Below the pieces are notes generated by a model. The model was given only the letters and a program-made list of their open reading frames with translations. It was not told the DNA's origin and did not search any database. Positions 22,075 to 34,906 of a stretch of DNA of 64,000 bases are shown here, in pieces (positions within the stretch are counted from its first letter, which is position 1; every line of letters begins with the position of its first letter). The translations under genes were made by a program, and so were the position numbers. Source of the DNA: Macrostomum lignano (taxonomy: Eukaryota); NCBI GenBank assembly GCA_002269645.1, contig NIVC01001924.1, positions 62,001 to 126,000 on the forward strand, given 5' to 3'.

Positions 22075-23676
22075 TCAGCTGTCATCGTCGCTGTCCTTAG
22101 CCAGACTGCCGAGCACCTCCGAGGGCACGGGCAGCTCGGAGATCTCAATGTTTTCTCCGCCACCTGTGCAATGAATTATTTAATACAATTATTTATTAGG
22201 CAATCTTTTTCTCGCTATATTTAAAAACAAGCGATGCACGCGGATTGCACTACTTTTATAGTAGAAATACAAGAAAATAACGCTCGTACGAATAGAAATA
22301 AAATCCGTATTACAGTATAAAATTAGATCTCATTGGGATTAATGAAGGGCAATTTTCAATGAGATTCTCAGGCATTCAAAGACAATTCTCACTGAGATCT
22401 AGAGACGATTCTCAATGAGATTCTCAGATATTGAAAGACGATTCCTCAGGTATTTAAAAACGATTCTCAATGAGATTCCCAGTTATTCAGGGACGATTCT
22501 CGGGTATTCAAAGACGATTCTCAATGAGATTCTCAGGTATTCAAAGAAGATTCTCAATGAGATTCTCAGGTTTTCAGAAGATTCTCAATGAGATTCTCAG
22601 TTCAAAGACGATTCTCAATGAGATTCTCAGGCATTCAAAAGACGATTCTCAAAGAGATCTAAAGATGACTCTCAATGAGATTCTTAATCAGTCAATAAAG
22701 GTTTTGGATGAGATCCTTCAAATAAAGTCTTTGAAGAAACCAAACCCCAACCCACTCACCATCGCTATCCTCTCCAGCCTCCTCCATCACTTCTCCGCCA
22801 GCGTCACTATCCTCAGAGTCATCATCATCGCCGCCAATCTGGAGCTCCTCCGGATTCGCCTTGCCGCCAGCCCCGTTGCTATTGGCAACGCCAGAGGCGG
22901 CCGACTCCGCAGCAGCAGGCGCAGTTCGCATAACCCCGGCGGGTTGCTCCTGATCTTTGCCGCGAACAAATAAAATTCCTTTAGGCTGAGCAGACTGCTG
23001 CTGCTGCTGCTGCTCAAGAGCTCGCATCGGATCGCTGCTTGAAGGGCCGGCAGAGTCCTCAGCCTGATCGTCCGAGTCAGCTGAACCAGCCGCAGCGGCC
23101 GCCGCAGCCGTATAATTGAGCTGAGTACTGAACGCCGCAGTCACTGACCGTTTTACCCTGAGCATCTCTCTGAGCGTCTCTTCGCTACCGTTGGCGATTT
23201 CAAATTCTTGCCAGGCGTGCCAGAACTGCTCGTGCAGCCGCGGGTCGCAAATCTGGGCGCAGTAGGCGTAGACAGCCCTGGCCCGGTCCACTTCGCCTAG
23301 GCGGGTCTCCAGCTCGGCGAAGCGCAGGCAGAACTCCCTGGCCTCGGCGTCTGGCAGAGATTCGATGGCTTTCTCGTACACTGCTCGGGTGTGGGTGACG
23401 CCTAGCAGCTCCGCCACCCTGCGAAACGGTTTTGTGGTTGGGTGTTTATAGTTAGTTGGTTAATAAGTAGGTCAGTCATTTCTGTTTGTCTGTCTGTCTT
23501 AGTGTCTGTCTGTCTTAGTGTCTGTCTGTCTGTCTGTCTGTCTGTCTTAGTGTCTGTCTGTCTGTCTATCTGTCTGTCTGTCTGTCTGTCTGTCTTAGTG
23601 TCTGTCTATCTGTCTGTCTGTCTGTCTGTCTGTCTTAGTGTCTGTCTATCTGTCTGTCTGTCTTAGTGTCTGTCTA

Positions 23677-23715
<39 letters not shown>

Positions 23716-23738
23716 TTCTGTCTGTCTGTCTGTCTTAG

Positions 23739-23803
<65 letters not shown>

Positions 23804-23918
23804 GTCTGTCTGTCTGTCTGTCTTAGTGCCTGTCTATCTGTCTGTCTGTCTGTCTTAGTGTCTGTCTATCTGTCTATCTGTCTGTCTGTCTGTCTTTCTG
23901 TCTGTCTGTCTGTCTTAG

Positions 23919-23966
<48 letters not shown>

Positions 23967-26900
23967 AGTCAGTCAGTCAGTCAGTCAGTCAGTCAGTCAG
24001 TCAGTCAGTCAGTCAGTCAGTCAGTCAGTCAGTCAGTCAGTCAGTCAGTCAGTCAGTCAGTCAGTCAGTCAGTCAGTCAGTCAGTCAGTCAGTCAGTCAG
24101 TCAGTCACAGCGCACATACTGCAGTCAATTTACCTGTTAATATAGATGTTGAACATGGGAGCACGCTGATTGGCTGGCAGGCGCTCCAACGCTCGCTCGT
24201 ACACATTCATAGCTCGCTTGGCCAGTCCGTGCTCCTCTTCCAGCTTGGCGTACAGCAGGAAGAAAGGGCGGGACAGCTCTGCCGGGCAGTGCTCCAGGCA
24301 CTGCTCAAATAGGTCCCGAGCGCGTTCGAGCTTGGCGCCGCCGTAGCGGTCGGAGAAATGAATCAAGTAGGTCTTCCACAGCTCCTCAACGTTCGGCCAT
24401 TTGAATAGAGCGATGCCGCGTTCGTACACCTGCGAGTGACAACGCAGAACACTGCATAGATACCACCAACTGGAACCGACACTTCAGGACACCATCAAAT
24501 GGAACCCAGACTTCAGGACACCATCAACTGGAACCCAGACTTCAGGACACCATCAACTGGAACCGACACTTCAGGACACCATCAACTGGAACCCAGACTT
24601 CAGGACACCATCAACTGGAACCCACACTTCAGGACACCATCAACTGGAACCCACACTTCAGAGCACCAAATGGAACTCACACTTTAGAGCACCAAATGAA
24701 AATCACACTTCAGGACACCATCAAATGGAACCCACACTTCAGAACACCAAATGGAACTCACACTTCAGGACACCATCAAATGGAACCCACACTTTAGGAC
24801 ACCATCAAATGGAACCCACACTTCAGGACACTATTGAATGGAACCCACACTTCAGAACACCATCAACTGGAACCCACACTTCAGGACACCATCAAATGGA
24901 ACCCACACTGCATAGATACCACCAACTAGAAACCCACACTTTATGACACCATTAAATGGAACCCACGCTTCAGGACACCACCAACTGGAACCCACGCTTC
25001 AGGACACCACCTGTAACTCACCCTAAAAGCCTCTTCAAAATAGGCGCTCTCCTCCAGCATAACGGCATAGTTAATAACAATCTGCGGAGTTGCAATCTGC
25101 AGATCCAGCATTCTGTCATAGGCAGCCCTGGCCGTGGCCAGAGTGCCATAGGATTCTTCTAAATCAACATAGAAAGACCAGAGCTTAAGCGACTTGTGCA
25201 GGCGGGCTTGCACAGGCTCTGACCGGTCGTAGAAATCCACTTTGTGCGACGGCGGGGCCACAGCTTTGGCCAGGAGGGCCAGAGCCTTCTCTGGCGGCCC
25301 GTGGCGCAGCTCCATTTCAGCCCATTGGCACCACACGTAGGCCAAATCGTCCACTGTTCTGCAGTGTTTGGAGGAATTTTATCTTCCTCATTTTTTAGTC
25401 TGTTTTTAGTCCACAAAAATATTACCAGTGCCCTGCACTTTCGCCCCTGAGAGTTTTTAACTACTTAGATATAATCTTCCAAGTCCCTGAATCGTCCAAT
25501 TATTGCAATTTTCAAACTTTATATTAATTTTCATAATCTCCCTAGTCTACCTAATCTTCTATATAATCTTTCTAATCTCTTCAGTCTTCCTAATCTACTA
25601 GATCTTCCTAATCCTTCTAATATTCCTAATCTCCTCAGTCTCCCTAATCTCCTCAATCTCCCTAATCCCCTCAATATCCCTAATCCCCTTAATCTCCCTA
25701 ATCTCCTTTATCTCCCTAATCTCCTCATCTTCCTAATCTCCTCAATCTTCATAATCTTCTCAGTCTTCCTAATCTCCTCAGTCTTCCAAATTTCCTCAAT
25801 CTCCCTAATCCCCTTAATCTCCCTAATCTCCTCAATCTTCCTAATCTTCTCAATCTCCCTAATCTCCTCAATCTCCCTAATCCCCTTAATCTCCCTAATC
25901 TCCTCAATCTTCCTAATCTTCTCAATCTCCCTAATCTTCTCAATCTCCCTAATCTTCTCAATCTCCCTAATCTTCCCAATCTTCCTAATCTTCTCAATCT
26001 CCCTAATCTCCTGAATCTCCCTAATCTCCTCAATCTTTCTAATCTTCTCAATCTCCCTAATCTCCTGAATCTCCCTAATCTCCTCAATCTTTCTAATCTT
26101 CTCAATCTCCCCAATCTCCTCAATCTTCCTAATCTTCCTAAATATTCCTGATCTCCTTAAATCATCCTAATCTCCTCTCTCTCTAATCTTGCTTTCCCCT
26201 ATCTGTAAAATCCTCTTATTCCAATTGGAAGATATGAACAATTCCCACCTGTGATCGGCAGCGGCAGCCTTTTCAAAAACAGTCCTAGCGTCAGACAGCT
26301 GGTCGTGCTTCTCGTAGAACTTGGCGAACTCCGTCCAGAGGGTGCAGGCCCGACCAGCGCTAGCCTTGTGCGGATCCACAGTCTTCACGGCCTCCATGTA
26401 GGTGCCGATCTGCTCAGCCGGCCGGTCCGCCAGCAGCTGCACCCGCTTGTGCCACTCCGGCACGCAGTGCGGGTTCTGCCTGAGCAGCACGGAGTTCAAC
26501 AGCAGCGGCCGGCGCTCAATCAGGTGCTCAAATCTGAGCATGGCCAAGTCAGACTCAAGCGACTCTTCAGAGTCACCGGCAGCGGCGGAGCCTTCCTCGG
26601 CTGCCTCCATCAGCTGGCGCACCAGGCCTTCCTCAAATTCGGCGCTGGCGTCGAACACCTGGCTGAAGTCGCGCACGGTGGTGACCGTGGCCAGGGCCTC
26701 TTCGAATACGTCTCTGCGGTTTGGGAGGCGGGAATAATTAAGGGATGGACTCCAAGAGGATTAGCTTTGAGCACTGAGAATGAATGGTCGATTGCTAGCG
26801 TCAAATTATACCTAAGTTGGATTTTAGACCAGGGTTCGATTCTCAATCTGAAGTACCCTGAGTTCGATTCTCGATCTGGAGTACCCTGAGTTCGATTCTC

Positions 26901-28073
26901 AATCTGGAGTACCCTGAGTTCGATTCTCAATCTGGAGTACCCTGAGTTCGATTCTCAATCTGGGGTACCTGGGTTCGCGTCTCGATCTAAAGTACCTGGG
27001 TTCGATTCTCAATCCGGAGTACCTGGGTTCGCGTCTCGATCTAAAGTACCTGGGTTCGATTCTCAATCCGGAGTACCTGGGTTCGCGTCTCGATCTAAAG
27101 TACCTGGGTTCGATTCTCAATCCGGAGTACCTGGGTTCGCGTCTCGATCTAAAGTACCTGGGTTCGATTCTCAATCCGGAGTACCTGGGTTCGCGTCTCG
27201 ATCTAAAGTACCTGGGTTCGATTCTCAATCCGGAGTACCTGGGTTCGATTCTCAATATGAAGTACCTGAGTTCGATTCTCAATCCGGAGTACCTGGGTTC
27301 GATTCTCAATCTGGAGTACCTGGGTTCGATTCTCAATCCGGAGTACCTGGGTTTGATTCTCGATGTGAAGTACCTGGGTTCGATTCTCAAGCTGGAGTAC
27401 CTGGGTTTGATTCTGGCACCAAAGAGTACCTGGGTTCGATTCCGGTAATAAAGAGTACCTGGGCTCGATTCCGGCACCAAAGAGTAGCTGGGTTCGATTC
27501 TGGCACCAAAAACTACTTGGTTTCGAGCTGCTTGAACTCACCTGGCCCTGCTGATATTCCCAGCTCTTAAGTGCCATTCAGCCAGGGCAGTCCACAGTCT
27601 GCCAACCTGATCGGTGTACCGACTAATCCCCTGCCGAATAATTGCCTCGGCGTTGACGCTGGTGACCTCCAATGGATTTCTCGACAGCAGATTGCACAGC
27701 TCCTGCCACAGAGCGTGCTTGGACTTGCCCCTTGAACTCTGAAACGAATCGTCATTGATGATGGCAACCAGATTGGCAACGGCTTCGTCCAATCGCTGGT
27801 GCTCCAATAAAAAATCGACGAAATCTTCGCGACCTTCCGGCTTGAAGCGGACGTAGCGGCGGAGGACGCGCAGCGCCGTCTCCAGGCAGCCGTGCGGAGC
27901 GTGCAGGCGGACCAGGCGAAGGTAGGGCGGCCACAGCCGGTCGTGCTGGGTGAGGGGCAGCGAGCGGAGTGCGCGATCGAAGGCCCGGCGAGACTCGGTG
28001 ATTCGGCCTTGCCTGTGGAGGTGCGGATTGGAGCAGCAATTGGAACACACTAAAGACACAAAGACACGAGGAC

Positions 28074-28114
<41 letters not shown>

Positions 28115-28116
28115 TG

Positions 28117-28154
<38 letters not shown>

Positions 28155-28156
28155 TG

Positions 28157-28202
<46 letters not shown>

Positions 28203-28232
28203 AAGACAGACAGCCAGGCAGACAGACAGATG

Positions 28233-28268
<36 letters not shown>

Positions 28269-28305
28269 GCCAGACAGGCAGACAGACAGACACACAGACA
28301 GACAC

Positions 28306-28356
<51 letters not shown>

Positions 28357-28437
28357 GCCAGACAGACAGACAGCCAGACAGACAGACAGACAGCCAGCCA
28401 GACAGGCAGACAGACAAACAAAGAGACAGACAGACAC

Positions 28438-28472
<35 letters not shown>

Positions 28473-28866
28473 CAGACAGACACAGACAGGCAGGCAGACA
28501 GACAGACAGACACAGGCAGCCTTACCTGGTGAGAAAGCGGCAATAATCCAGCCAGATTCTGGGCATCTTGTGCATGTGCACCAGCGCTCTCTCGTGAGCG
28601 GCGTTGGCAACGCTGAGCTCAGCCTGCAGATCTGCATCGCTAACATCGGGCGAGTTGGCCCGCGCTCTGGCCAGCAGTCTCCGGTAGCGGAGGTAGCGGT
28701 ACCAGAGTTTGTAGCTGCCCGGCAGCTGCTTCACCGCCCGTTCGTAGATCTGGCACACAGCCACCGGGCGCCGGCCGTCAGCCTTGTGCTCAACATAGCG
28801 AAGCCAGGACTTCACTGAGTACGGGTTGCGAAGAATCTCCTCCTCGTAGGGGAGATCCTCTTCTTC
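22075..28866 (-). CDS. XAB2: Pre-mRNA splicing factor SYF1/XAB2 (HAT-repeat protein); first exon not located
   Basis: Exons 28866-28526, 28012-27542, 26713-26249, 25358-25022, 24429-24134, 23418-22760 and 22163-22075 all have GT-AG boundaries and total 2658 nt (886 codons) in frame. Hallmark peptides: [74 protein letters not shown]. Confidence 0.95.
22350..22690. repeat. About 33-bp minisatellite in the last SYF1 intron (CTCAATGAGATTCTCAGGTATTCAAAGACGATT)
   Basis: About 10 degenerate units, each with the dyad TCTCA-A-TGAGA. Confidence 0.85.
23478..24107. repeat. (GTCT)n followed by (GTCA)n compound microsatellite in a SYF1 intron
   Basis: Direct inspection; the motif switches near 23965. 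Confidence 0.97.
24455..25010. repeat. About 28-bp minisatellite in a SYF1 intron (GGAACCCACACTTCAGGACACCATCAA[A/C]T)
   Basis: About 19 units. Confidence 0.92.
25540..26190. repeat. 9-bp degenerate tandem repeat (CCTAATCTC / CTCAATCTT variants) in a SYF1 intron
   Basis: Direct inspection. Confidence 0.92.
26826..27512. repeat. 27-bp minisatellite (GAGTACCTGGGTTCGATTCTCAATCCG) with a central 54-bp higher-order dimer, in a SYF1 intron
   Basis: About 25 units. Between roughly 26965 and 27215, GTTCGATTC units alternate with GTTCGCGTC units. Confidence 0.93.
28072..28515. repeat. (GACA)n microsatellite in a SYF1 intron
   Basis: Direct inspection. Confidence 0.97.
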
Positions 28867-31800
28867 CTGAGGCGTGAGGGAATAAATAAACAGGGTGTTA
28901 ATAATGCTACCAAAAATGTTAAAAAACATCAGTGAAAAGTTTATGTTTATGAAGTTTATGAATTGAGCTTCTGATCCTGGCTAATATAAATTTCATCTTA
29001 TCTCATCATAATGATTATAAAAATGTCATCAATATGACACAACTTAGAGTCTAAATACCAAAACTTCAACAATAAATGAACATATTTGCCTCAAGGAGAA
29101 TCATGGAATACACTTGGCATATAGAACTTTAAGGTCCAACACTGGTGTACAAAAATGGCCAATTCAGTTTGGCAGATATGGTATAGCAAAATTTAAATCA
29201 ACCCTATTGAAATAAGTTTCAAAAACCTGCAGATACACGACACATGTGCAAAAAAGTAGCATAAATACATGACACAAGACAAAAGAATTAAAAAGTGCAA
29301 CATAATGAAAAAAAAGTATTCATTTAAAAAATTAGAAAATTTGGCAGAAAATGACAGATAAAAAACCAATACTAAAACCCAGAAAATAGAGTAAACATTC
29401 TGAAACTTTTTACTCAAAGTCTCAAATGACAACTATGTTACTTCCACAGTTGTTCACATACCATGTTTCTGGCACTGCTGCCAGTTGACCACAATGTGCT
29501 GCAACACAAATACTGCCCTGCTCTTCAACTCTACCATGCAATGCAACACTGCCTGCATTTTTTGAATTCCTGATTTCTTGAGTGAACAGCCAAAAATACT
29601 AAAATTTCCATTTCAGTGTACACCTTCCATGATCCAGACTATGGACTATAAGTATAAATAAGATTCCATCAATCTTATACTTTTGCAAGTTTAATTATTT
29701 TCTAAGAATTTTAAATTTTGCATCTACTTACATCTAAAACCATTGTTTATTGTTGCATTTTTATCTTAGGACCACCCAGTAACTGGATTCACTACTTGCA
29801 GTTGACAGTTTTGACAATTGATTCGTTGAAACTCATCAATCTTTTCATTGAATCTAATAAAGTATTCATCATTACACTAGCCTTGGTTATGGTAGTGCAC
29901 TAGGCCTAAGACTTGATTAAATTGCAGGACTATTTAAGTTATAAATTTATTCATATCTGTGAATTGACCACTGACAAATTCTACCTACCAAACTGATAGT
30001 AGATTATAGTCATTACAGTGATACAACATTTTGACAACAAATGTTTTAGTGACAAACAAATGTAATTTTAATGAAAAGAAAAAGACCCTTTTGGTAATAG
30101 TCATTATGGTTTTAAACAAAAAAATATCTTGCTAATTTTAAGTGATATAAAGCCTAAAATTTTGAAGGTTTGCTGAAACCTTAGTATTGCTTCATTTAAT
30201 TTTTTTTACTTTTATAAAGTTGAAATATTTTATATTTGTACATTTTCCAAATTCAATGAATATTTCTCTTAGCTTTTTGGTAGGCAAATTATGAGGAGGA
30301 TCATTTATGTTTATGTTTAAATATTCTAGGACAAATTCAAAATGATCTGTATAAAAACAAAACAATAAAACAATTTAATTTTTTCAAAATATATTAATCT
30401 TTTGACAGAATTTTTGAAATATACAAAATATAAATCTTAACAGAATAACTACAAACTGATACTATGAAGTGCCTTCTATCACTAAAATGACCAACAACTC
30501 AACAAATTTTTCATTTTTTATCAAATGTGAAATGTGTTAATCATAGAAGCAACTTGTTACCAAAATGTTTATCACTAAAACAACTTGGGCAATCTTTAAG
30601 ATTTGTTTGCTAAATTTGAATTTGTGTGAAATTTGTGCTAAAATATGGCAGGAGACACAGAAACAATGTCTATAGGACAAAAAGTTGTATAGTCAAGATA
30701 GAAAGTAAGGAATTAAAAAAAATAAGTGAATGTCTATGGTAAACTATACTAAACTAATGTACTAAAGAGAGGGGCACAAAGAAGCTTCAAATTCTCATTA
30801 TTGATTTTTTGCTAGTATAGATTTCTTATCATGGCTAGGAATATCCTGTAGTACCAAGTTTTATTGTCCAACCAAATTTGCTTCAGAACATTGCCAACCT
30901 AACCAACTAGAACTATACTCTCTTTGAGCTTAGTGGTAAGCTGCAAGAAATGTAGTCAACAATCAGTTGGCAGGCAATATATTGTTTAATTTAATTATTG
31001 TTTAACTATCGCCACTATAGTTTTTGACTAGCTAGCAAAAGCATCATGCACCTTTAATGTCAAGCAGGTGATTGGTATGTCTAAGGCTTTACCTGGGATT
31101 GCAAGGATTGTCTATTTCAAGTTTTAATCTACAAGGACTTATTCTTTGAGGCCTGAAAGCTCAGACTAGTGCAGCTAGTCCAGCTCATTAGTGGCTAATT
31201 GATGTGAAACAAGGAGAAGCTATTAGACAAGCCTATAAACACTCATTAATTGGCATAATTTCATTATTGACATCTATGCCCAAGTACTCATTGACTATCT
31301 AATAAAACTAAGAGGCCTTAATTGAAAGGTCAAAGTAGATAAATCCTATTTTATTTTTTTTTAGAATTTTATTAAGATGCACTTTAGCCTGGCTAATAAG
31401 TGCCAAGAATAATAGAACATGGCATTGGAAATGCATGATAGCACTAGTTGAAGATAGAACTGTGACAACCTTGCTGCTAATTAATATTTGGCATATTTTT
31501 CCCAGAATCCCAGGTACTCACATATTGATTGATAGCTAACAAACATATAACCAACTATTTAACTCTGGTAATATGAACTAATTGCATTTTGTGAACTTGC
31601 AAGATGCAAAAATTTATATAAATCTTATTGAAGGTATATAGGCTCATACCAAAGCTTGCTTTAGCATAATACATGGCTTGAGTACTATACTCTTCAAATC
31701 ACATCTTAAACTTACTTAAAGAATTTCTTTAGTGCAAGATATACCTATAAAATATATTTGGTAATATCATGTATTGGATTGGGCACTATTACCACTGAAA

Positions 31801-32708
31801 TGGACTTAATGAATGCAATCAACTAACTAATGATTTTAACTTCATGTTTATAGTTTATTTGTTAATTTCTAATTAGGTTTTGTTATTATTAAGATTAGAA
31901 ATAAATTTTCATATAAGTTTGAGTTTAGCAAACAATTCTTGAAAGTTGCCACAACTTGTTACCAAAATGACCTGTATCCACTGATAGACTTTATGCAAGA
32001 GACAATTTTTTAAGCCATATTATAAGCCTGCATCTATTTGAATTGCAAATTACTAAGAAAATAATCTAAACATGCAAAAGTAAAATATTGCCAAAATTCC
32101 TGACATCAACATTATAATTTTTATGGAAAATAAAAACAAGAGAATAATCTTTTGACATTAATAGCCTTCTAAAATATCATAGGCATTAATAGGCCTAATG
32201 CCATAAAAATCCAAATGAAGTACTACCACATATAAATAAGGCAGTTGTTATTTGTCTGATGACTGGATGAATAGCCTTTTTGCTATTTGTCCAGTTAAAT
32301 TTCTAACACAAGTATCTATTTATCTAAAAATAGTATTTGTTTAGTGATAAATTTTCTAAATTTTGAAGACCTTTTCTTGTGACTTGTAGCCTATCCTGAT
32401 TGATATTTTGTTATATACTAGCGCAAGCAAAGTAGATATGTTTAATGCATATGCTATTTGGCATAACTTGGTATAATATAAGACAAACACTAGTATAACA
32501 ACATGATAATCAAGATACAAGTAAGAAGTCTGATGTCCAGGAATATTCACCTTTGTAGTTTCTGTAAATTAAAAAGTCAATTTAACTGGACAAATAGCGA
32601 AGTCTTTGTGTCCAGTATTAACCAGATGAATAGGGAAACATGACTATTATCCAGTAACTGGACAAATAACCACATCGCAGCATCGCTATTTGTCCAGTCA
32701 CCCATACT

Positions 32709-33659
32709 CAGGAAAGTGGCCTGCACGCGGGAATTTTCCCAGGTGCACAAGCAAAAGTGCACAAGCAAAAGTGCAAAAGTGCAAAAGGTGCCAAAGCTAA
32801 AATTTTGGCCTGCAAAGTTGGCGTGCAAATAGGGGTCTCAAGCCACGCCTAAATTTTCAGCGTACAAGTTTTTTACTTGGCGTGTAACCTTGGCGTGCAA
32901 TTACAAACTGACAGTATATCAACAAGTTAGATATAGACATTATATAAAGTTAAACGTGAACAATTGAATTTGAATATTGATTAAACAAACTATTTGAGGC
33001 TACAGCCTAGCCTACAGCCAGGCCTACACTCTACAGCCTATATTAAAATATCCAATAACTTTTAAATGCTCTTATTTTGTGACTCTTGTAGACTTTTAGT
33101 TTATTTGTTTCTTGCCCTATTGCAGCCAATGGCCATTTTCGTGGACAGCGTCTGGCGCGGATTGGCCTGGCAGCGGCGCAGCGCGTGGCGGCGGCGTGCG
33201 GTGGCGTGGCATGTGGCGGCAGCGCGTGGCGGCCAGATGGCCAAAGGGCCGGGTCAACGTTGTTTGAGGCGAGCCATTGACTGACTAATTGAACCAAATC
33301 ACTAGGTAGATGTCTGGCGCGGGAAAGGGGGGCGTCCAGCACGGTTCAGACCTTGGCTGCAATAGGGGTTTCTTGAAATGTGAAGAAAAAGTTTTTGATA
33401 CTCACTATGTTCTTTGTAGCGAATTTCCTTTTTTTATATAAACTTTGTTTAACGTAAGTAGAAAATTTATTTAAAAATAGTATCTAATACGGTTAATATT
33501 CAAATCACACGTACATGAGGCGTACATGATTTTTGGTATTCAAGATTTTTGGCGTGCAACAGAAACATCATGTTAAGGGTTTTAAAAAATTGGCGTACAT
33601 TGGTGTGCACCAAATATTTTTCCATAAATTGATTCCCGCGTGCACTTGCCACCTTCCTG
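32709..33659. mobile_element. 951-bp non-autonomous DNA transposon (MITE-like), superfamily unassigned
   Basis: Left end CAGGAAAGTGGCCTGCACGCGGGAA; right end reverse complement CAGGAAGGTGGCAAGTGCACGCGGGAA. ACT on both flanks is a candidate 3-bp TSD. TTGGCGT(G/A) subterminal motifs recur at both ends. Confidence 0.65.
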
Positions 33660-34544
33660 ACTATGGCCAGTCACCAGACAAATAACAACTGCCTATAAAT
33701 ATTGCAATTTTCATAGCTCCTCAACGCTTGGAAACTTGTTATGGAAACAATATACCAAAATTGTACTGTCTTTAAGATTAATATTCAATGCTATTTGATA
33801 TAAAATATCTGCGATTAAATGCTATTAGGAGCCTAAAGCAAATATAGGCCCTGTCGCACTTTGCAAAGCAAATTATGGCCCTAACTTTTGGATATGACTG
33901 AAACAGTGAAAGCCAGGTGTGAAATAAAAAATAAAGTAACAATGCCGATTGAATGAAAATTGAACATAACTTACAAAGAAAATACTTCCTGGATCCATTA
34001 GTATCAATAATAGACACTAAGCATAATAAATTTCAAGGTATAATCAAGAAGTAAAAATCGTTACTCTTCTCGGAAAACACATTTTAAACTTTCCGCGAAA
34101 TATTGCCATGTGTTAACAAATACCAATGATTCTACTACTCAGTTTTGCCTAACCTTTAATAAATTATACCTTTTTAGCTAAAGTTAAAAAATTTTAATTA
34201 TCAAACTTATAGAATATCATAGATACGTTGCCGTCTAAAAAGATTTTATAAGCGGTAGATTTACCGTCATTCCATCGTCAATGCAATTGATATGAAATTG
34301 AAATTGTTTCAAATTTTCTTGCACGGATGTAAGTTATGTATATAGCCTCTTATTGATCTCTTTTAAACAATTTTTAATCCTTCACTAGCTTTTACTAATA
34401 TATTTTACGAAGCTACTGGTAGACGACGAAAATCCAGAATATTGCATGAATCTTAAGATGCATAAAATATAGCAAAATACTGTATTACATTTTTTTTATG
34501 TGCGCATTTAAGACTGCGTACGGCTGCTCAGTCCAAGGACTATG

Positions 34545-34718
34545 GAGTTGCAACACACCCTCGATCACGCCAGCTAATGCTGGTTAACAATTTTACAGCT
34601 GGGTGAACTGGAGCAATGCAAAGCGAAGTGTCCTGCTCAAGGACACAAATTGTCCCAGTAAGATTGGGAATCAAACCCGACCTTCAAGTGAAGTCCGACG
34701 CTGTAACCACTAGGCTAC
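34545..34718 (-). mobile_element. SINE family B copy with the central conserved domain
   Basis: Minus strand: GTAGCCTAGTGGTTACAGCGTCGG ... GTGTCCTTGAGCAGGACACTT ... GCTCCAGTTCACCCAGCTGTAAAA, resembling CORE/Meta-type SINE domains. Confidence 0.75.
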
Positions 34719-34906
34719 AACTACAACCCACTTAAATAAAAGAAGGAAGTAAGTCGATATGATAATTCTCTTCAACAATTATTTTTTTCAATCCAACCGC
34801 ACACGTGGCCTGGATTTATTACCCCGCCAAGCCAGCCAACCTAATAGCATTCAAAAAGTCTGCAGCGCTTGCATAGACAAGTAGCCAGAGCTAGTCCTCG
34901 TCAGAT

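Noticed and set aside
23442-28818. VCLS-, RQTD-, RLRRLG- and IEPRYS-repeat ORFs
   Set aside because: Translations of intronic micro- and minisatellites lying between GT-AG-bounded SYF1 exons.
28867-28929. In-frame upstream ATG (MFFNIFGSIINTLFIYSLTPQ) as the SYF1 start
   Set aside because: It is an AT-rich polypyrimidine tract ending in a strong CAG acceptor, with no resemblance to SYF1 N-termini. Not formally excluded.
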